NCBI GenBank assembly: GCA_963825135.1
Contig: CAWGRW010000009.1
Span: 2,432,001 to 2,496,000, forward strand
Reading direction: 5' to 3'
DNA: 64,000 bases
From: an uncultured bacterium
GTDB taxonomy: Bacteria; Desulfobacterota_D; UBA1144; Nemesobacterales; UBA2774
The number at the start of each line of letters is the position of its first letter. Within the stretch, counting starts at the first letter, position 1. Shown here in pieces: positions 11,310-22,055 of this stretch. The translations under genes were made by a program, and so were the position numbers. The notes beneath the pieces were generated by a model. It saw only the letters and a list, made by a program, of their open reading frames with translations. It searched no databases and was not told the origin of the DNA.

Positions 11310-11423
11310 TTGAATTTCCTGCCTCAAATATCATTTATTTAATATTTCTAACTCAGGTATAATTAACTTTGATTCGCCAAAAGTCAATCATTTATACATG
11401 ATAAAAGGACATTATTCAGCTTA

Positions 11424-14112
11424 ATGGCTAAGAAAAAGAAAGTTAAATTTAAATCAAAACCTAAAAAAAGCAAAATCCTGGCCATCCTGCTGGTAATGTT
11501 TCTCGTCCTGACGGCGTCGGGAATCCTGTCCCTTTACGGCGCGTATCTCTATTACTCGCGCGACCTGCCGAATTTCAAGGCCATCACGGGATATAAACCA
11601 AAGCTGATATCGGAGGTTTATTCCTCCGACGGGACCCTTATCGCCGAGTTCGCGTCCGAGAGGCGGAAGCTCATTCGTTACGAGGACATTCCTCCCCATG
11701 TGAGGGACGCGTTCCTAGCCGTCGAGGACAGGCGCTTTTTCGAGCACGAGGGCGTTGACATCAAAAGCATACTCGGCGCGGTGCTGGAAAACATGAAGGA
11801 GGGCGATTGGGTAAGAGGGGCGAGCACTATAACCCAGCAGGTCATAAAGAACATTATTCTCACCCCGGAGAGGACGTTATCGAGGAAGATAAAAGAAGCC
11901 ATACTCGCGCACAGGATCGAGAACAACCTTTCCAAGGAAGAGATTCTCTACCTCTACCTCAACCATATCTATCTCGCCGACGGCACCTACGGCATAGAAG
12001 CGGCGAGCATGGACTATTTCGGCAAGTCCGCCAGGGATATCAGTCTGTCAGAGGCGGCGCTTCTCGCGGGTCTGCCGAAAAAGCCCGAGTACTACTCCCC
12101 GCGGAAGCATCCGGAACGGGCGCTCGAGAGGCAGAAGCTCGTCTTGAGCGAGATGGAGGAGGCGGGCTTCATAACCAGGGACCAGAGGTTCGACGCCCTT
12201 GAAGAGAAGATAGAGATAGTGCCCAGGCGGAGGGTCAATAACGACCTCGCCCCCTATTTCGTCGAGCACGTGAGGCGTTATCTTCAGGACAAGGTCGGGG
12301 TGAAGGACTTTATAAACGGCGGATACACCGTCTTCACAACGCTCGATCTCGATCTGAACCTCGAGGCCCAGTGGGCGCTCAGGAGGGGGATAATCAGCCT
12401 CGATTCCAGGCACGGTCATAATTTCGTCTCGGAACACCTGACCGGAGAGAGCGAGACGAAAAAGTTCCTTCGAGAGCAGGGTATCGAACGTGTGGAACCC
12501 GGGGGCATGTACGACGCTGTAATCACGAAAGTCACTAAAGACGACAAGACGAAGGACTCCGATAAGCCTTTATACACGGCGGAAATAAAAGTGGGCGGCG
12601 TCCCTGGGGATATTGAAATTCGCCGTGAGCTCGCCTTTCGGGACGGCGGTGCCGGGCCTCGTCTCTCCTTCCACAAAGAAGCTCGCCCCGGCCGACGGCT
12701 ATGCGGGCACGAGCCTGAGTCCCTCGGAGCTCAAGGTGGGCGACGTCATAAAAGTCGAAGCCGAAAAGATTCAGGACGGCAAAAACTTTTTCTCGCTCGT
12801 TTATATACCCGTATCTCAGGCCGCGCTCATATCGATGGAATCGAACGGGAGGATAAGGGCGCTCATCGGGGGATACGATTTTGACCAATCGCAGTTCAAC
12901 AGGGTTACTCAGGCATTTCGACAGCCCGGGTCCTCATTCAAGCCGATCATATATTCGGCGGCGATAGACAAGGGGTACAGCGAGACCTCGATACTCTATG
13001 ACATGCCGGTGGTGGTAAAGGACTGGGCGCCCCAGAATTACGACGGGAACTACGAGGGGCCGATGGTGCTGAGGAGGGCGCTCGCGAAATCGCGCAACCT
13101 CGCCAGCGTCCGGCTGATTCTGGATATCGATCCCGGGTACGTAGCGAAGTATGCGAATAATTTCGGATTCACGTCCAGGCTCGAGCCCTATCCGTCTCTC
13201 GCCCTCGGCGGATCGGACGTTACCGTGCTCGAGATGGCCAGGGCGTTTAACGTCTTCGCCACCGGAGGCAATCTGGTCGAGCCCCAGTTCATTATGCGGA
13301 TATACGACCGGAACGGGAAGATAATCGAAGACAATACGGGCGGGAAATTTCTCTCGAAGGAAGAGGCTCTCAAGGCCGAGAGGGAAGACGCCCGCATACA
13401 AATACTAAAGGAGCTCGCGGAGAAGAAGGGCAGGGACCCCTCCGAGGCGCCCGAATATATCAAGGAAGAGGCCCTGACCGAAAAAAACGATATATCCGCC
13501 AATGCGGACAAGTATGCTTTCCTGACGCCTGAAGAATTCCTGGGCATTTTAAGGGAGCAGTCCGCTGACTTCATGTCCTCCGGGAATTCCAAGCAGACCC
13601 TTTCGCCCGAGACCGCTTTCATCATGACCGACCTGCTGCAGGCGGTCGTAAAGGAGGGAACGGGGATGAAGGCGTTGAGGCTTACGTCTCTCGCTCCCGT
13701 CGCGGGCAAAACGGGCACTTCAAACGATTATACGGATGCCTGGTTCGTAGGGTTCAGCCCCAAGGTCACTACGGCTGTGTGGGTCGGAAGGGACGACCAC
13801 AAACCGCTCGGAAGAAAAGAGGCCGGTTCGACCGCCGCGCTCCCGATATGGATAGATTATATGGAAGACGCGCTCGCAAAGTATCCTGGCGGCGTGTTCA
13901 AACAGCCTGCCGGCATCAAGATGGTCTCGACCCCTTACGGGTATATACCCTACAGTCTCGACTCCCTCCGCGACAACGTCATTGACTCGATACGCGACAG
14001 CGTGGTGATGGACGGACAGCAAATACAGAATTCGGGGATGTACTATCCCAGGGAATCCGGCGGCTCTAATAACGATACGGAGACCGAGATAGATTTCCTT
14101 CTCAAGCATTAA
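11424..14112 (+). CDS. mrcA: Class A penicillin-binding protein 1A (frameshift near 12606-12612)
   Basis: Transglycosylase EDRRFFEHEG, GASTITQQ, RKIKE in ORF 11424; transpeptidase SSFK, SRN, KTG in ORF 12613; deleting one G from the GGGG run joins the two frames. Confidence 0.9.
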
Positions 14113-14652
14113 TCGAGATTTATGAAGGGCCTTATGCGGGCGAGCTTCTTCTCACCCATCCCGTTTACGTTCAGCATGGAGCCCAAGTCCTTAAACCGGC
14201 CGTTTTCGTCCCTGTAGGCGATTATCCTACGGGCGAGCTTATCGCCGATCCCGGGCAGCGCCTCGAGGTCTTCGGCAGCGGCGGAATTTACACCGATCGG
14301 TATGCCCAGCGAAAGGCTTTTGATACCGCTTATCCTCTCTATCCGGGCGCTTTTGTCTCCTTCGAGTATGATCCTGGCGCCGTTTTTCAACTCGCTGTCG
14401 ATATTGTATGTATGTTTCAGTTCCTCGATTTTTTCAGGCCCTTTGATTACATTCACGACGGAGGAGCGCCCGTCGTCTATCTCGACGTAGATGCTGCCCG
14501 GCGGCTCCGATGATTTCCTTACCGCTCGGAAACAGGTATTGATAATAAGACTGCACGAGGAAGAAAAGGAGACACAGAAGGGCCAGGTACAGAAGGGAGT
14601 TATTTCTTTTCTCGGAAACGCTGACATTCGCCATTTTCTTTTTTTTTGTCAT
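14109..14652 (-). CDS. comEA: ComEA-like helix-hairpin-helix DNA-binding protein (frameshift near 14515)
   Basis: N-terminal TM in one frame; VNSAAAEDLEALPGIG...NVNGMGEKK HhH motifs in another. Confidence 0.8.
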
Positions 14653-14872
14653 TCCCGAAACGATTGCGCACGAGTAAGCAATCGGGCGCTTCCGGCCGAT
14701 TGAAAATATGCTTCATTATCCCGGCACTTTGTAGCACAAGCCAAAACAAATCAGGAATCCAGCTAACACGTTAGCTAAGTGATCCTACGATTCTTCCTTA
14801 TGTCTCCATCCCTACCGGCATCCAATAAGTCTGCGGCGACTCGCCGCTCGTTCGACAGATACCAGTCCCGTC

Positions 14873-15664
14873 CTAGAAAATACCTCTTCGTCAGCCCGCC
14901 GTCCACCTGAATCGTCGTACCCGTGATGTAGCTCGCTCTCTCCGAGGCCAAAAATACCACGAGGCTCGCGAGCTCTTCCGGTCTTCCGATGCGCCTCGCG
15001 GGTACGTCCGTCTCCATCGCCGCGAGTGCGGCTTCTACGCTCGTACCTTCTCTTTTAGCCTTTTCGGAGGCGAGGTGCGTGATCCTGTCCGTGAGTATCC
15101 TCCCCGGGCAGACGTTATTGACCGTGATATTATAAGGGCCGAACTCGTTCGAGAGCGTCTTGGCGAGGCCGATTACGCCGGCCCTCACCGTATTCGAGAG
15201 TATGAGCCCGTCTATGGGCTGCTTTACAGCGATCGATGTGATGTTGACTATGCGCCCCCATTTCCGCTCCTTCATGAGCGGCAGGACTTCCCTGCTGAAC
15301 GTGACGGTGCTGAAGAGGTTGAGCTCTACCGCCCTCTGCCAGTCCTCGAGCGAGAAGTCGAGGAACGTCCCCGTGGGAGGGCCCCCGGCGTTATTGACGA
15401 GGATATCGACCCCCGAGTACTTCCTGATCGTCTCGCCGACGGCCATTTTAATGTCGGCCGTCTTCGATACGTCGCATTCTATCGCGAGCACGTCCGCGCC
15501 CGTCTCGGATACGATTTCCCTGAGGCCTTGTCGAGATCGTCCTTCCCCCTGGCGCACAGCGTGAGCCGCACGCCTTCCCGGGCGAGCCCGAGCGCGACCG
15601 CCTTGCCGAGCCCTTTACTCGACGCGCCTACAATAGCTACTTTATCTTTGATTCCTAAGTCCAT
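14873..15664 (-). CDS. SDR family oxidoreductase (frameshifts near 15522 and 14885)
   Basis: GASSKGLG, NNAGGPP, VNNVCPG, YITGTTIQVDGG split over two frames. Confidence 0.85.
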
Positions 15665-15741
15665 GATGTTATGTAATTATTTCTAACTGTATCATGTGCG
15701 TTATAAGAGGGGAGGGGGGGATGAGAAGAACTATTCACCTC

Positions 15742-16104
15742 TCACTCGCCCTTGGATTTGGATTTGGCCTTTGTCGTATCCTTTTTTATCGAATCGAGCG
15801 TCGATGTGCCCGAAACGGCCGCAATTTCAGACGGCAGGCCCGAAGTATCTTTCTTTTTCTCGCCCTCGGCGCCTTCTTTGGCGGGAGTGCCCAGGTCGTT
15901 TGCGTGGGGCGGTATGCCCGGCCCCTTGGCGTAGTCGGTGGAATACCAACCCGTTCCGGTCAGCTGAAAGGAAGAGAGCGATATGAGCTTTTCGAGCTTT
16001 CCGGTTTTGCAGAATTTACATTTCTTTAACGGGGGATCGTTAAAGCCCTGAAGGGCTTCGGTTACCCTTCCGCATTTTTTACATTCGTACTCGTAAATCG
16101 GCAT
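15742..16104 (-). CDS. FmdB family zinc-ribbon regulatory protein
   Basis: MPIYEYECKKCG...CKFC...GTGWYSTDY signature, low-complexity tail. Confidence 0.9.
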   Translation of the reverse strand: MPIYEYECKKCGRVTEALQGFNDPPLKKCKFCKTGKLEKLISLSSFQLTGTGWYSTDYAKGPGIPPHANDLGTPAKEGAEGEKKKDTSGLPSEIAAVSGTSTLDSIKKDTTKAKSKSKGE

Positions 16105-16327
16105 TCCCGTTACCTCATGTGATTAATGAGATTATATAATCGGTTTAATATAATAGTTTCGGACAAATTTTCAAGATTTGCTGAGTCATGATCGGAGCTT
16201 GACATCGAAAAAGTCAGGGCGTTGAATCAATATCTGCACCTTTAATCTGGGAACGAGCTTAACCGCGATAAAGGCTGCCATTATTCGATTACGGATGAAC
16301 TAGTGCAGGAACCGTCGACCTGGTTAA

Positions 16328-16757
16328 GCATCGCGAACACGTTACTTCGGCAGAGTACGATTAAACTCTAGTTGGAGGAATCAATTTTGTGGGTTTATTG
16401 CAGGTTATTTTTTTCCTGAGGCAACACAGCCTGAAATAGTTGATATATTTAAAAATCGATGCTGCACGGACGTGAGTGGTGGTAGCTGTGATAGAGACGG
16501 CAACGTGCAACAGCAACTCTGATTGTAGTGGTGTTAGGTCTGATCCTAGTGGTGCTCCTAGAAACAATTGTGTACAAGTCTGGGAGATCGAGGTTCCATC
16601 CGAAGATTCCGGTCTCGTTTCTATGTTTCGTGAGCAAGGTATCTGCATGCGGGGGCAAGTAGTCAAATGTAAAACTTCGGATGGAAGAATATTTTCTGAA
16701 TGCCGAAGCACAGGAGGATCTTGTCGGCGTGGACAATCTGACCCGGGTGTTCGCTAG
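16328..16757 (+). pseudogene. AT-rich Cys-rich protein remnant adjacent to dif
   Basis: Two overlapping Cys-rich frames (...KNRCCTDVSGGSCDRDG and TCNSNSDC...C...C...C...C...C); no clear start; composition differs from flanking genes. Confidence 0.35.
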
Positions 16758-16793
16758 TCTTTAATTAGCTGAAATTCGGGCTATTAACATTAT

Positions 16794-16821
16794 AGTTTAC
16801 ATAATATATCTTATCGGACAT
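16794..16821 (-). other. dif site (XerC/XerD chromosome dimer resolution site)
   Basis: Minus strand ATGTCCGATAA-GATATA-TTATGTAAACT: 11-6-11 layout, inner ATAA/TTAT symmetry, XerD-type arm TTATGTAAACT; intergenic. Confidence 0.85.
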
Positions 16822-16922
16822 ACGGCAGTCTCGCGCCGCACGACATACTTTTGTCCCTGAAACCATAACAAGTATACTATTCTGAGTCAAACCGAATCCC
16901 TTATTCCCGAGGTAAGAGAATC

Positions 16923-17661
16923 ATGAAGGGTTTAATCCCGGACAAAAAAACATGGATAACGACAGGCGCTCTGGTGCTTTTGTGTTTACTCTGCTCGGCC
17001 GGAGATCTATTTTCACAAGAACCCACGATCGGCGAGAAAATCGCACAGGCTTACGGAGTAAGCGGCTTCGGAGAAATCGAAGAACTGAAATTTACTTTTA
17101 ACATTAAATGGGGAGAAATTTCAGCCAGCCGGTCCTGGGTATGGCTGCCCAAGGAAGACAAGGTTACTTACCTCGGAGACGGGAAACCGGATAGTAAGGC
17201 CATAACCTACAACAGGAAAGATTTGTCGGATTCGGGGTCCGAATCGCTCAGGGAAATAGACTGCCCATTTTATTAACGACCAGTACTGGCTCCTCTTCCC
17301 CTTTCATTTGGCCTGGGACAGCGGGATGAAAGTCGAGCTCGCCGGTGAAAAGGTAAAGTTTCCGATGGGCGGCGGAATGGGCAGGATGGTCAGTGTTATT
17401 TATCCCCCCACGGGCGGGTACACCCCCGGGGACAGATATGATCTGTTTTTAGACGATAACAATATGATTGCGGAGTGGATATTCAGACGCGGAGGCGCCG
17501 AGAAACCGACTGTGATCGCCACCTGGGAAGATAACCGTCATATGGGTCCGATAATAATGTCTTTAAATCACGTAGGCGCTGATAAGAACTTCCATGTCTG
17601 GTTCACCGATGTTGAAATGAAATTATCCGGCTCCGGTGAGCCAATAAAATCTGAACAGTAA
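16923..17661 (+). CDS. Secreted hypothetical protein (frameshift near 17262)
   Basis: Signal peptide, IAQAYG...ELKFTFN; the second frame continues FINDQYWLLFPFHLAWD...GGYTPGDRY; RBS GAGG. Confidence 0.75.
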
Positions 17662-17714
17662 CTGCTTGCCGGGTCAATTAGCTGCACAATCCATAACAGG
17701 TATCATAAAAGTGT

Positions 17715-18434
17715 ATGAAGCTAAAAGGCGAGAAGGCCCTCATCACCGGCGGAAGCAAGGGCATAGGCAAAGGAATCGCGGCCGCGTTCCTCATGGAAGG
17801 CGCATCCGTTATTATATGCGGAAGGAACGAGATCAATCTGAAAGCCGCGTGTAACGAGCTTGGCAGGCTCGGGCGGATGGAGTACATCGTCGCGGATATA
17901 GCGAACAGGGACGATGTCAAACGCCTCGCCGATACGATCAGAGATAAATGGGGTTCCCTCGATGTGCTCGTCAATAACGCGAGTATCCTCGGCGAGCGCA
18001 TGCCCGTCTCTGAGTACCCGGAAGACGTCTGGGTGGAAGTGATTCATATTAATCTCAACGCGCAGTTTTTCGTCACGAAGGCCCTCCTCCCGCTTCTCAT
18101 GAAATCCGAAAACGCTTCCATCATAAACGTGAGCTCGAGCGTCGGGAGGCGTGGAAAAAAGGAATGGGGAGCCTACGCCGCGTCCAAGTTCGGGCTCGAA
18201 GCCCTGACGCAGGTGCTGGCTGATGAATTGGGTGAAACGGGTCCCAGGGTGAACTCCGTAAACCCCGGAGGCACGCGTACGGACATGAGGGCCGGCGCAT
18301 ACCCTGAGGAGGACCCGATGACCCTGCCCTCGCCCGAGGAAATCTCCCCGGTCTTCGTCTACCTGGCTTCAGACGATTCTATAGGCGTTACGGGCAAGGA
18401 ATTTAACGCCAGAGACTGGATCGGGACAAAGTAA
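17715..18434 (+). CDS. SDR family oxidoreductase (YciK-like)
   Basis: TGGSKGIG, NNAS, YAASK, NPGGTRTDMRA. Confidence 0.9.
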   Translation: MKLKGEKALITGGSKGIGKGIAAAFLMEGASVIICGRNEINLKAACNELGRLGRMEYIVADIANRDDVKRLADTIRDKWGSLDVLVNNASILGERMPVSEYPEDVWVEVIHINLNAQFFVTKALLPLLMKSENASIINVSSSVGRRGKKEWGAYAASKFGLEALTQVLADELGETGPRVNSVNPGGTRTDMRAGAYPEEDPMTLPSPEEISPVFVYLASDDSIGVTGKEFNARDWIGTK

Positions 18435-18576
18435 TGATATGAAAAACCTAAGCTAATCCTAGATTTCCCTAACCTGATCAAAATTTTTTTCGGAGCGTTG
18501 CCTTTATTTTCCCGGCTTCTTATAATAGATAATCTCGGAATGCATTTGATTTAAAGTTCAGGAGGATGAGGAGATA

Positions 18577-19080
18577 ATGTATAAAAAGATTTTCTTATTT
18601 ACGGCCGCGGCATTATTCAGTTCCGCAGCCTTAATCTCATGCAACAAGACCGCCGGCACAGGCGCTGCGGAGGACGCTGACTCCGGCCCTATCAAGCGCG
18701 GCGAGTATATCGTCAAGATCACGGGCTGCAATGACTGCCACACGCCCGGATACCCTGAGTCCGACGCCACCCTGCCTGTTGATGAGTGGCTCACCGGAAG
18801 CCCCCTCGGCTGGAGGGGACCGTGGGGTACGACTTACGCCTTGAACCTCCGTCTTTTCGTGCAGGGACTTACCGAAGCCGAGTGGATTGCCAACGCGCGC
18901 ACTGTGAAGGCCAGACCGCCTATGCCCTGGTACGTACTCAGGGATATGAGCGACGCCGACTTGACCGATGTTTATCTTTTCATCAAGTCTTTGGGTCCCG
19001 CGGGAGAGCCTACGCCTGCTTATGTGCCGCCTGATAAAGAGCCTGCGGGACCGTATGTGGAGTTCCCGGCCGCACCTTAA
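18577..19080 (+). CDS. Monoheme cytochrome c lipoprotein
   Basis: Lipobox-like LISC, heme motif CNDCH, GPWGTTYALNL, PPMPW (axial Met); RBS GAGGAG. Confidence 0.88.
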   Translation: MYKKIFLFTAAALFSSAALISCNKTAGTGAAEDADSGPIKRGEYIVKITGCNDCHTPGYPESDATLPVDEWLTGSPLGWRGPWGTTYALNLRLFVQGLTEAEWIANARTVKARPPMPWYVLRDMSDADLTDVYLFIKSLGPAGEPTPAYVPPDKEPAGPYVEFPAAP

Positions 19081-19114
19081 TGCGTCCCTCCGTGAAGCAT
19101 GCGCTGGGAACGAT

Positions 19115-19825
19115 TTAATGACCGTCGGTCTTGATAATCACGTAAAGCTCTTTCGGGCCGTGTACGCCGAGTGTCAGGTTGAGCTCTATGTCCGCCGTCC
19201 TGCTCGGTCCGGTGATAAAAGTCATGCAGCTCGGGACATCCCGGCCGGTATCGAGCATTTGTTTAAGTATGATGAATAACTCTCTGATATCGCTCACTAT
19301 ATCGGTCTTATTGACTATCGCCAGGTGGATCGGGGGAAGGAGCGAAACACTCCTCGGGCTGTCCTCGTCCGTCAGCAGCACCAGCGTCCCTGTATCGGCT
19401 ATGGCGTAATCGGCCCCGGTTATACCCATCCCGGCCCCCGCTATCTCGTTCTTATCACAGGATATTATCTGCTTCAACCCTTCCCTGTTCAACAGCTCCT
19501 TCAAGCCCGTCGAATTGATATAGTCCGACTCCCATATGGCATAAGACGAGATTCCTTTCTCTTGTACGATGTCTGTTATAACCGCCTTTAATTCTTCATC
19601 ATTTTCTGCTTTTAAAACAACCGCGTTAACATTAAGCAGTTCTTTAATAAATGAGTCTAATAGACTATCAATATTAGTTATTCTAATTTTTTTAAGCTCT
19701 TCTGCCTCGTTGCCGAAGTCCCTTTCCGCGTCGCGGGTAGAAAGCCCCCCCTTTTCATGCCCCGGATCTCCGTACAGGCCCAGTCTTACCTTCCTCAGAA
19801 TCTCTTCCCGGGAGTCCTTATTCAT
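19115..19825 (-). CDS. lutC: Lactate utilization protein C (LUD domain)
   Basis: AIADTGTLV, SLLPPIH, ITGPSRTADIE, GVHGP. Confidence 0.93.
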   Translation of the reverse strand: MNKDSREEILRKVRLGLYGDPGHEKGGLSTRDAERDFGNEAEELKKIRITNIDSLLDSFIKELLNVNAVVLKAENDEELKAVITDIVQEKGISSYAIWESDYINSTGLKELLNREGLKQIISCDKNEIAGAGMGITGADYAIADTGTLVLLTDEDSPRSVSLLPPIHLAIVNKTDIVSDIRELFIILKQMLDTGRDVPSCMTFITGPSRTADIELNLTLGVHGPKELYVIIKTDGH

Positions 19826-21285
19826 CTGTTATGTTTTCCGGGCCCCCCCTGCCCCGTTTCACTTCTCAATTTTTTCCACCTCTCCCTGAACGGCGTTCTT
19901 GCGATCGCCGGGAAGTCCCTGTCCCGGGTCCACCTCGAAAGTGGGTAAGGCAGTGATCCGAGACTCCCGCCCTTTCCACGGAATGGCGACTGGAGGTGAT
20001 ACATGAGCCCGGAGAAGGCCCCATAGAGTTTTTCGTGTGTGACGATTATTCTCCAGAGCCTGAACCCCATTCGCTCGATGAATAGCTCCATGCCCTTGCC
20101 TTTCTCCGCTTTCGATTCCTTGACCTCGTGCCGGAGCTCGAGCAGCACCCTGGGGAAATCAATCTTGACCGGGCATACGTCCCTGCACGCCCCGCATAGA
20201 GAAGACGCGAACGGAAGCTCCGGCGCCTTGTCTATCCCGAGCAGCTGAGGGCTTATTATCGCCCCTATCGGGCCCGAATAAACCCACCCGTACGAGTGCC
20301 CTCCCACCTTCCTGTAAACGGGGCAGTTGTTGAGGCACGCCCCGCACCTGATGCAATAGAGCGACTCCCTCGTCTGCTCGTTCGCCAATATGCCCGAGCG
20401 CCCGTTGTCGAGAAGCACGAGGTGGAATTCCTCGGGTCCGTCCTTATCCGTTTTCCTGCGCGGGCCCGTGATGAATGAAACGTATGTCGAGGATTTCTGT
20501 CCGGTCGCGCTCCTCGCGAGGAGCGTGAGAAACAATGAAAGGTCGTTGTAGCGCGGGATTATTTTCTCTATTCCCACGAGCGCTACATGGATACGCGGCA
20601 CTGTAGTCGTGAGCCGCGCGTTTCCCTCGTTCTCCACTATCACTATAGTTCCGGTCTCGGCTACTGCGAAGTTAGCGCCCGATACGCCCATCCCCGCGTT
20701 AAGGAACTCGCTCCTCATCCTCTCCCTCGCCACTTTCGTCAGCTCCTCGGGCTCGCTCAGATACGGTACTCCGAGCTTTTCCGAAAAGAGTCTCGATATG
20801 TCGTCCTTCGTCTTGTGAACGGCCGGGGCGATTATGTGAGAAGGGTGCTCGCCCGCGAGCTGTATGATGTACTCGCCGAGGTCTGTCTCTACCGCCCTTA
20901 TTCCGGCCTTTTCAAACGCGGCGTTGAGCTCAACTTCCTCCGTCGCCATGGACTTGCTCTTCACGACCGATTTGACGCCGTTTTTCCGCGCGATTTCTAT
21001 TACTATCGCGCATGCTTCTTCCCCGTCCATGGCCCAGTGCACGTGACCGCCCGTCTTCTTCACGTTCTCTTCGAGCATGAGCAGGTATCGGTCCAGGTTC
21101 TCTATCGTCTCTTTTTTAATCTCCCGCCCGAGCGTCCTTAGCTCGTCCCACCCCGGCACCTCCGAGCTCGCCTTATTCCGCGCCGACCTGAAGCGGTCGG
21201 TCACGTTTACGAGCGCGCGCTGGAGCTTCTCGTCATCCACCGCCCTTCCTGAATCCGCCTCGAAATTTATCCTCTCGTATCCCAT
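19822..21285 (-). CDS. lutB: Lactate utilization Fe-S protein B
   Basis: KSKSM, ETDLGEYIIQL, CIRCGACLNNCP, SSLCGACRDVCP. Confidence 0.95.
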   Translation of the reverse strand: MGYERINFEADSGRAVDDEKLQRALVNVTDRFRSARNKASSEVPGWDELRTLGREIKKETIENLDRYLLMLEENVKKTGGHVHWAMDGEEACAIVIEIARKNGVKSVVKSKSMATEEVELNAAFEKAGIRAVETDLGEYIIQLAGEHPSHIIAPAVHKTKDDISRLFSEKLGVPYLSEPEELTKVARERMRSEFLNAGMGVSGANFAVAETGTIVIVENEGNARLTTTVPRIHVALVGIEKIIPRYNDLSLFLTLLARSATGQKSSTYVSFITGPRRKTDKDGPEEFHLVLLDNGRSGILANEQTRESLYCIRCGACLNNCPVYRKVGGHSYGWVYSGPIGAIISPQLLGIDKAPELPFASSLCGACRDVCPVKIDFPRVLLELRHEVKESKAEKGKGMELFIERMGFRLWRIIVTHEKLYGAFSGLMYHLQSPFRGKGGSLGSLPYPLSRWTRDRDFPAIARTPFRERWKKLRSETGQGGPGKHNR

Positions 21286-21287
21286 GG

Positions 21288-22055
21288 TCAGAACCCCTGG
21301 CCCCCTTCACTCCCCGTCTGCGCGAGCAGCTCCGCCAGGTGCATCGCCCTCACCGGTATATTCCTCCTCGAGAGAGCGCCCCCGATGTTCATGAGGCACC
21401 CCATGTCGGACGATACCACCGTATCAGCGCCGCTCCTGACTATGCAGTCTATCTTCTCGTCGAGCATCGAGACCGAGACCCTCGGAAATTTTATCGAGAA
21501 CGTGCCCCCGAATCCGCAGCACGCGTCGTGCATCTCCATCTCCCTCAGCTCGATCCCCCTCACCGCCTCTATTAATTTTCTCGGCTCGTCCTTAATTCCG
21601 AGCTCCCTCAGGAGGTGGCAGGAATCGTGATACGTGACGACCCCGTCATATCTGGCCCCCACGTCGGCTGTCTTCATCACATTTATCAGAAACTCGGAAA
21701 ATTCATAGGTCTTTTTAGTTATTGTTCTCAGATTATCTAATTGTTCATGGTTATTAGCCAGTAATTCTTTATAATATACTTTAAGCATGGTAGTGCACGA
21801 GCCCGAGGGGCATACGATGTACGTTTCCTCGTCCCGGCTCTCTTTCAGGGCGTTGCCGAATACCGAAATGAACCTTTCGGCGACTGCTCTCGCGTCTTCC
21901 CTGTACCCGCTGTTAAATGCAGGCTGCCCGCAGCAGGTCTGCGCCCCGGGAAACTCGACGTCCACGCCGAGCCTGTCGAGCACCTTGACCATCCCCTCCC
22001 CTACCCCCGGGAAAAACGTATCGACGAGACATGTGACGAACAGACAGACTCTCAT
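21288..22055 (-). CDS. lutA: Lactate utilization protein A (CCG domains)
   Basis: FVTCLVD, QTCCGQPAFNSG, YHDSCH, CCGFGGTF. Confidence 0.95.
   Translation of the reverse strand: MRVCLFVTCLVDTFFPGVGEGMVKVLDRLGVDVEFPGAQTCCGQPAFNSGYREDARAVAERFISVFGNALKESRDEETYIVCPSGSCTTMLKVYYKELLANNHEQLDNLRTITKKTYEFSEFLINVMKTADVGARYDGVVTYHDSCHLLRELGIKDEPRKLIEAVRGIELREMEMHDACCGFGGTFSIKFPRVSVSMLDEKIDCIVRSGADTVVSSDMGCLMNIGGALSRRNIPVRAMHLAELLAQTGSEGGQGF

Noticed and set aside
12600..12620. Programmed frameshift or phase variation in PBP1A and other split genes
   Set aside because: Short homopolymer contexts, no slippery heptamer with a stimulator, and many unrelated genes affected; assembly error is simpler.
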